DNA from: the human T2T-CHM13v2.0 reference genome, Homo sapiens
DNA length: 64,000 nt
Strand: one strand, 5' to 3'
NCBI RefSeq assembly: GCF_009914755.1
Contig: NC_060928.1
Shown: in pieces, positions 55,812 through 64,000 of the stretch
Position numbering within the stretch: the stretch's first letter is position 1
Layout: the number at the start of each line of letters is the position of its first letter
The notes under the pieces: model-generated
What the model was told of the DNA's origin: nothing
The model's input: only the letters and a program-made list of their open reading frames with translations
The model's database searches: none
Made by a program: the position numbers and the translations under genes

Positions 55812-57120
55812 TAATTAGAGAAATTTGTAAAGAAAATGTTAACTTTCAATTGTACCTATTTATAGAGAAATTAATTATGAAAATAAATAAGAACAAGATG
55901 GGTAAAAACAGGACTTTATACCTTCTCCAAAAGATGTACCTTAGCCTTGGAATTGGGATTATTTTCAGCTCCCAATGCCAGACTCTGAGCCAGTTTTTTC
56001 TTAGGGGTTGGCTAGGAAAGGCTTCTTAGGTGCCAAGTTTCTTGGGCCAAATATCAGCATGAGAACATCCCTATGTGTTGGTAATCTCTAGCTAATTTAC
56101 CAGCAGCCAGAGACTCCATGTTCGGTCAAAATGGCTCATGTCTGTTCCCAACCAACAGAGAGCCATAAACTTACTATCTTCTCTATCTACAGGCAGGTCT
56201 TCAATATAAAGTTCTACATGAGTAACCATGACCCACATCTGCAGAAAGTCGACTGGTCCCTAGTTCAAAAAAAGGTTTGGGTTTATTCCACACTTCAGCA
56301 TATGTCTGTCTGACTGCACAGTGGGACAGAAATCTTGCCAAATAACCTGGCACTCTTCACTCTGGCTTTCAGAAGACCAAAAACCATACAGCCATGGTAA
56401 CTAAACTGCCAAGACAATAAATTGATAAATCTCCCAATTTCTTAACTCAGGATGAAAGTGGACTTGGATAATTTCTCAATCTTCAGTAATTCAGTATCAC
56501 ATGTTTGTTTACAAATATATAGAGGGAAAGGAGTGAAAAACTTTAAAATCTCACAGGTGATGGTGTAGAAACTACCCACCCATAGGCTATATGACAGTTG
56601 TTCTTAAGGTAGTTTAAATATATCATAGTGATAAAGAGTGTTTTTATTTTGTTTAAATCCAGAGCTAACCACCAAAATTTCAGTTTCTCTCTCAATTTCT
56701 CCCTCTCACTTTTCATATATTTGTACACAGTGCCTAGAACAATACTCAATAAATATTAATATGTATTAAATGAACAAAAAACCAAATGTTAATCTCTAGA
56801 AAGAGCTCAAGGCTCTCTCCCCCATTCTCCTACACCCACTCCTAAGGAGAACATATATGGTGGGTATGATGGTGGCAAGGACAATATTGGGTCACATTTT
56901 TGGTGTGATAAAGGTTAAAGATCTGGGGCCCATAGCATTTCCTTTGGATTTGATCACTGGAATCCTGACTTCCTTTTGAATTCTCTCTCCTGTACTCCAC
57001 TCCCCCAACTCCTACCCTACCCACAGCAGGGGGAAATGCCACTGTCACTCTCCTTCTCCTTTTCCTCCTTTCCTTCATTGCCTCCACATCCCCTCTATAG
57101 AAAGGCAAGCAGAAACCAGG

Positions 57121-59717
<2,597 letters not shown>

Positions 59718-60810
59718 CTAGGGCTAGCCACAGGATAAATAAGGCCTGTAGAAACAGCTTTAGTCCTTCTGTGTTAGGCTAGAGACATGTCCTCCTTTTC
59801 CTTTAGCCATCTTGTCTTGCTTCCTGTGACCACAGGATGAACCCAACAGAACAGAATGAAACTCAAGGAAAAAGACTAAGGAAGCAGTTCAGTCTGAGCC
59901 TCAGAGCTACCTTGAGGAAAGGTGTCATACATGGGAGCATCCAGGAGACCTAGTCACAAATCACAGGATGGTATGTGACCAAAAACCCCAATAGTGATAA
60001 AGAGAATAGATTTGTCTGGCCTTGCCTTTTGTACATACATCTCTTTAGAAAAAAAGCTTAATTTTTGGTAAATGGCTGGTTAAAGGTTTAGAGCTTGATC
60101 ATGGTAAAAATCATCTTGAAATAACACATAAATAAATAGATCAGCAAGAACTGCCTTCAATAAATGAAATTAATCCATAACCTCCCCCAAAGACTTCAGA
60201 GTGGTAAATACAATATAATATCTATAGGGCATCACTGTAAAACTACACAGGGTGAAATGTGGGAGAGGGAAGGATTCAGTCCCTCTCAAAGGCCTGAGAA
60301 TAAGGCAATAACACATACAACTTCTGAAGAAGCAATAGCATAAAATTCATTGACATCCTCAGTAGAATGACAAAGACATATCCAAGTCACCTACAAGTAG
60401 GGGCAGAGCCTAAAGACTGTCCTCAAAGGCCTCAACCTCATCTATAGCTATAGCCCCTTCCAGACCTGCCTTGGTCCATTATTACCCTTCTTTCTTGGGG
60501 ACAAATTAATATTTATTAGAATAGCTAATCTCTAATATTTTTATTATATCCCTACTGGCAACTAACTTTGCATGTAAAGAAGCTTTATAGTTGCCAAATT
60601 ATTTAATTCTATTCCATCTTTTAGAGAAGTCTAAGAAAAGTCAAAGCTTATAGAGCCCAGGAGTGGTTCCTTTCCATTACAGACTAAGTTATATGTAAAA
60701 TTAGACAGGACAGTTGGAAAAGAAGACACTCAAACTCCTAATACTGTTCTCATGATGCACTTCATTATTATTTTATGTGAAAAGAATTCTGCAAACAGTA
60801 AAGTCATTTT

Positions 60811-61131
60811 CTTTCTTGCTTGCTTTCTTGCTTTTTTTTGACAGGGCCTTGCTCTGTCGCCCAGGCTGGAGTGCACTGGTGCAATCACTGCTCACTGCAA
60901 CCTCTAACTCCTGGGTTCAAGTGATCCTCCTGCCTCAGCCTACCAAGTAGCTGGAACAGCCACATGCCACCATGCTAGGCTAATTTTTGTATTTTTTACA
61001 GAGATGGGGTCTCACTATTTTGCCCAGGCTAATCTCAAACTCCTGGGCTTAAGCAATCCTCCTGCCTTGTCTTCCTGAAGTGCTAGGATCATAGGCTCAT
61101 GCCTGTAATCCTGGGTGTGGTACACCCAGCT
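60811..61131 (-). mobile_element. AluJ with internal micro-inversion at its 5' end
   Basis: Antisense AluJ with TSD AAAGTCATTTT. A sense-oriented Alu patch sits at 61094-61121. Confidence 0.9.
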
Positions 61132-61960
61132 CAAAGTCATTTTTAAATGTGATTATAAATGCTACAATGTATACAATTTTGCACCACCTTAATATGAATT
61201 TTTTATACTAGACTTTGTTATAACTCAGGACTGCTTTACTTCTAAAACCCTAAATTATTATAATAGTCTACTACCACAACCATCTACCCCTCCAGCTTTA
61301 GTATTCCATTTCTCCTAACTGTTCCTGTTCTGTGTTCTAAACTCCCAAATCCATATTTCCTTTCATAAACTTGCTACTACTCCAAACCCATACACAATCC
61401 TCTTAGATCTCTTCACCTGAATGATTTACAGACATACAAACTCAGTATGTCTAAATTAACTTCATATTTTTCTACAAACCCTGCCTTCTCCTTGAACCCC
61501 GTGCTTCACACAGACCAAACTATTGTCCACTGAATGGGTTCTTCTGAATCTCTCCTATGTATTTGCTAATATCTTTGCCTGAACTTACATCCCCACATTT
61601 CTACCCAATTCCTTCCCATTTCTCCTCCAGAAACATGCCCACTCAACACTTACTCATCTCTCAAGACACATTTCAATTATTACCTCTTACTACCTCTTCT
61701 TGATTACATTTCAAGCAATCCCTTCCACACCAAGGCAGACTGCCCACCTTTATTTTGAGTTCCCACTGATTTCTACATGTTCCAAAGACTTCTGCAATGA
61801 AGCAGAGATTATTACTATACCTATATGGGTTAAAAGACTTTAGAAAACCACAAGCCATTTTCAACTCCAAAAGAAATCTCAGGAACTCCTAGATCTACCA
61901 TCATGTTAACCTCTTGAGTCACACTGCCCATCAACAGTAGACTGAGGTATGCATACAGTC

Positions 61961-62467
61961 TGCCAAGACCAGCTTGGTCGGGGAGACCCTAACCCAGTGG
62001 CACTAGAGGAATTAAAGACACACACACAGAAATATAGAGGTGTGAAGTGGGAAATCAGGGGTCTCACAGCCTTCTGAGCTGACAGCCCCAAACAGAGATC
62101 TACCCACGTATTTATTAACAGCAAGCCAGTCATTAACACTGTTTCTACACACATTAAATTAACTAAAAGTATCCCTTATGGGAAACGAAGGGATGGGCCG
62201 AATTAAAGGAATAGGTTGGGCTAGTTAACTGCAACAGGAACATAAGGCACAAATAGCTCAAGCTATTGTTTGTAGCTTAAGAATGCCTTTAAGCAGTTTT
62301 CCGCCCTGGGCAGGCCAGGTGTTCCTTGCCGTCATTCCCATAAACCCACAGTCTTCCAGCATGGGCGTTATGGCTATCATGAACATGTCACAGTGCTGCA
62401 GAGATTCTGTTTATGGCCAGTTTTGGGGCCAGTTTATGGCCAGATTTTGGGGGGCCTGCTCCCAACA
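61961..62467 (-). mobile_element. MER9 (HERV-K9/HML-3) solo LTR
   Basis: Reverse strand begins TGTTGGGAGCAGGCCCCCCAAAATCTGGCCATAAACTGGCCCCAAAACTGG. 507 bp, perfect TSD CAGTC. Confidence 0.9.
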
Positions 62468-63394
62468 CAGTCTCTAATTTTGGTGAGGCCTAGGAAACAT
62501 GAGAGTAAAGATAGTGGTAATGGGTTCAGATAAATAAGGTAGAGAGGTGAGAATTGGATTGGAAATACATCTCTGCAGCTATCCTTGCACAACAGTGACC
62601 CCCAAATTAATGTAATCACAACTTTCCCCCTTCCTCTACTTTGCCAGGGAAACAGGTCTTTGTGACTAGGAGAGTCACCAGGCCTGGGTCTTTTGTTGCA
62701 TTGATTTGAGGTACAGGATGAGTTGAAGAACAAGAAGAATCACACAGCTAATGTAATCTGTACTAAGGGAAGAAGAAAGAACAGGAGGTAGGTGAGGAGA
62801 GGAAAGAAGAGATCCAGAGAAGACAGTGTGAGAGACAAGAGCCAACTGGGATGTTTTGTAGTGGAGGAGTCCTTTGAGGTGGATGTTTTGTGATTCCTCA
62901 GTGCCCTTCTTTGAGCAAGGCATGTGAGAAGTCCTCCTCAGTGTGTCACCTGAGATATCCTATTTCATTGAATCTAGGATGCCATTTCTCATAAGGGACA
63001 TTATTATTTTATCTATTGATAAAATATAGAATTGAAAGAAAAAGAGATGGGGAAAAGATTTTTATTTCCTGCTTCGTACTGTATAAAAGAGACTATAGGC
63101 ATTTTAAAGGAATTTTTAAGAAACTTGTTATTTTTTTATTGTTTTTAGCACTTTTTAATAGGATATTAGACAGGTGTTTGGGGCTTTTGTGTTTTTTGTT
63201 TGTTTTCAAGTGACTAAGTGCAGAGATTAACTTAAAGGCAGCTAAGTTTTACATAGTTATATTTAACTACCTAGAGCTTTCTTCAACATTAATAAATACA
63301 GATTTTTCAGATGCCTCTTCCCATCTCCCTTTCTGGTACCAAGTTGAAAAAAGCATTAGTGGGGACCCCAAATAATGATAATATCTAATATTTT

Positions 63395-63605
63395 TTAACA
63401 CTTTGACTTAAGATTTTTAAAATGAATGAACTCATTTAATTTTTACAACAACTCTGTAAGAAGATAGAGTTTATTATCACTATTGAACATAGTGAGCTTA
63501 GTAATTGCCCAAGCTTATATAACCAATAAGTGGCAGAGCTGGGATTCACATGCAGTCATTCTGGATCTAGCATCCATGTTCTTAATTGCCATATTCTACT
63601 GCCTC
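63395..63605 (-). mobile_element. MIR
   Basis: CTCATTTAATTTTACAACAACTCTGTAAG...TAAGTGGCAGAGCTGGGATTCA. Confidence 0.75.
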
Positions 63606-64000
63606 ACACTTTAAAAACACACCATGTTTTCCATAAAAGGAAGCCACTTATTACTCCTCCACATAAATAAAGTCAATTGCACTATGACTTTATGCCGTAT
63701 ACTTCAGTAAGCAGATATACACCCAAAAGCCTAGTATAATAAGAAAAACAACAACTTTTAAGCCAACTGATCATTGAAACATGCACAGATAAAAAGAATA
63801 TTATTAGACAAAGTGAAGACTGGATTTCTTACAACTATAGTTGTTTTATCCTGGAAACTAAAGAGCAAGTAAATCAAGAAACACAGTTACAGTTATTTGG
63901 AGGAAAAAATAAAGACTAAAAGACACTGGTAAGAAAGTTGCAAAGATTGAAGATTCTCTTCATTTGACATCAAATTATGCAAATCATATGCAAACTATGC

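Overview
This is a 64-kb window of primate (human-like) genomic DNA: AT-rich, CpG-depleted and without a CpG island. It reads as intronic or intergenic, and no complete protein-coding gene is recognisable. Roughly half is interspersed repeats: about 18 Alus (J, S and Y types), L1M/L1PB 3' ends, L2, MIR, CR1, hAT-Charlie and Tigger fossils, solo LTRs (MER4, MER66, MER9, MLT1, MLT2, LTR16) and one LTR-int-LTR THE1 provirus. Many ORFs in the supplied track translate these repeats, and most of the rest look like chance ORFs. Subfamily names are recognised by eye and need RepeatMasker/Dfam confirmation. The most notable non-routine signals are: (1) an 846-nt reading frame at 8718-9563 broken only by two TAG codons and containing a frame-preserving 222-nt candidate exon; (2) a strong 54-nt minus-strand exon at 28307-28360 of an unidentified host transcript, lying downstream of a same-strand THE1 LTR that keeps DUX4-type and splice-donor motifs; (3) three local inverted-duplication (template-switch-like) scars, including a perfect 49-bp inverted repeat that preserves a pre-Alu empty site; (4) a 3-copy 70-bp minisatellite with an internal hairpin; (5) several repeat-free, motif-dense blocks that resemble developmental enhancers. 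I cannot support a claim of a wholly new biological system from the sequence alone.
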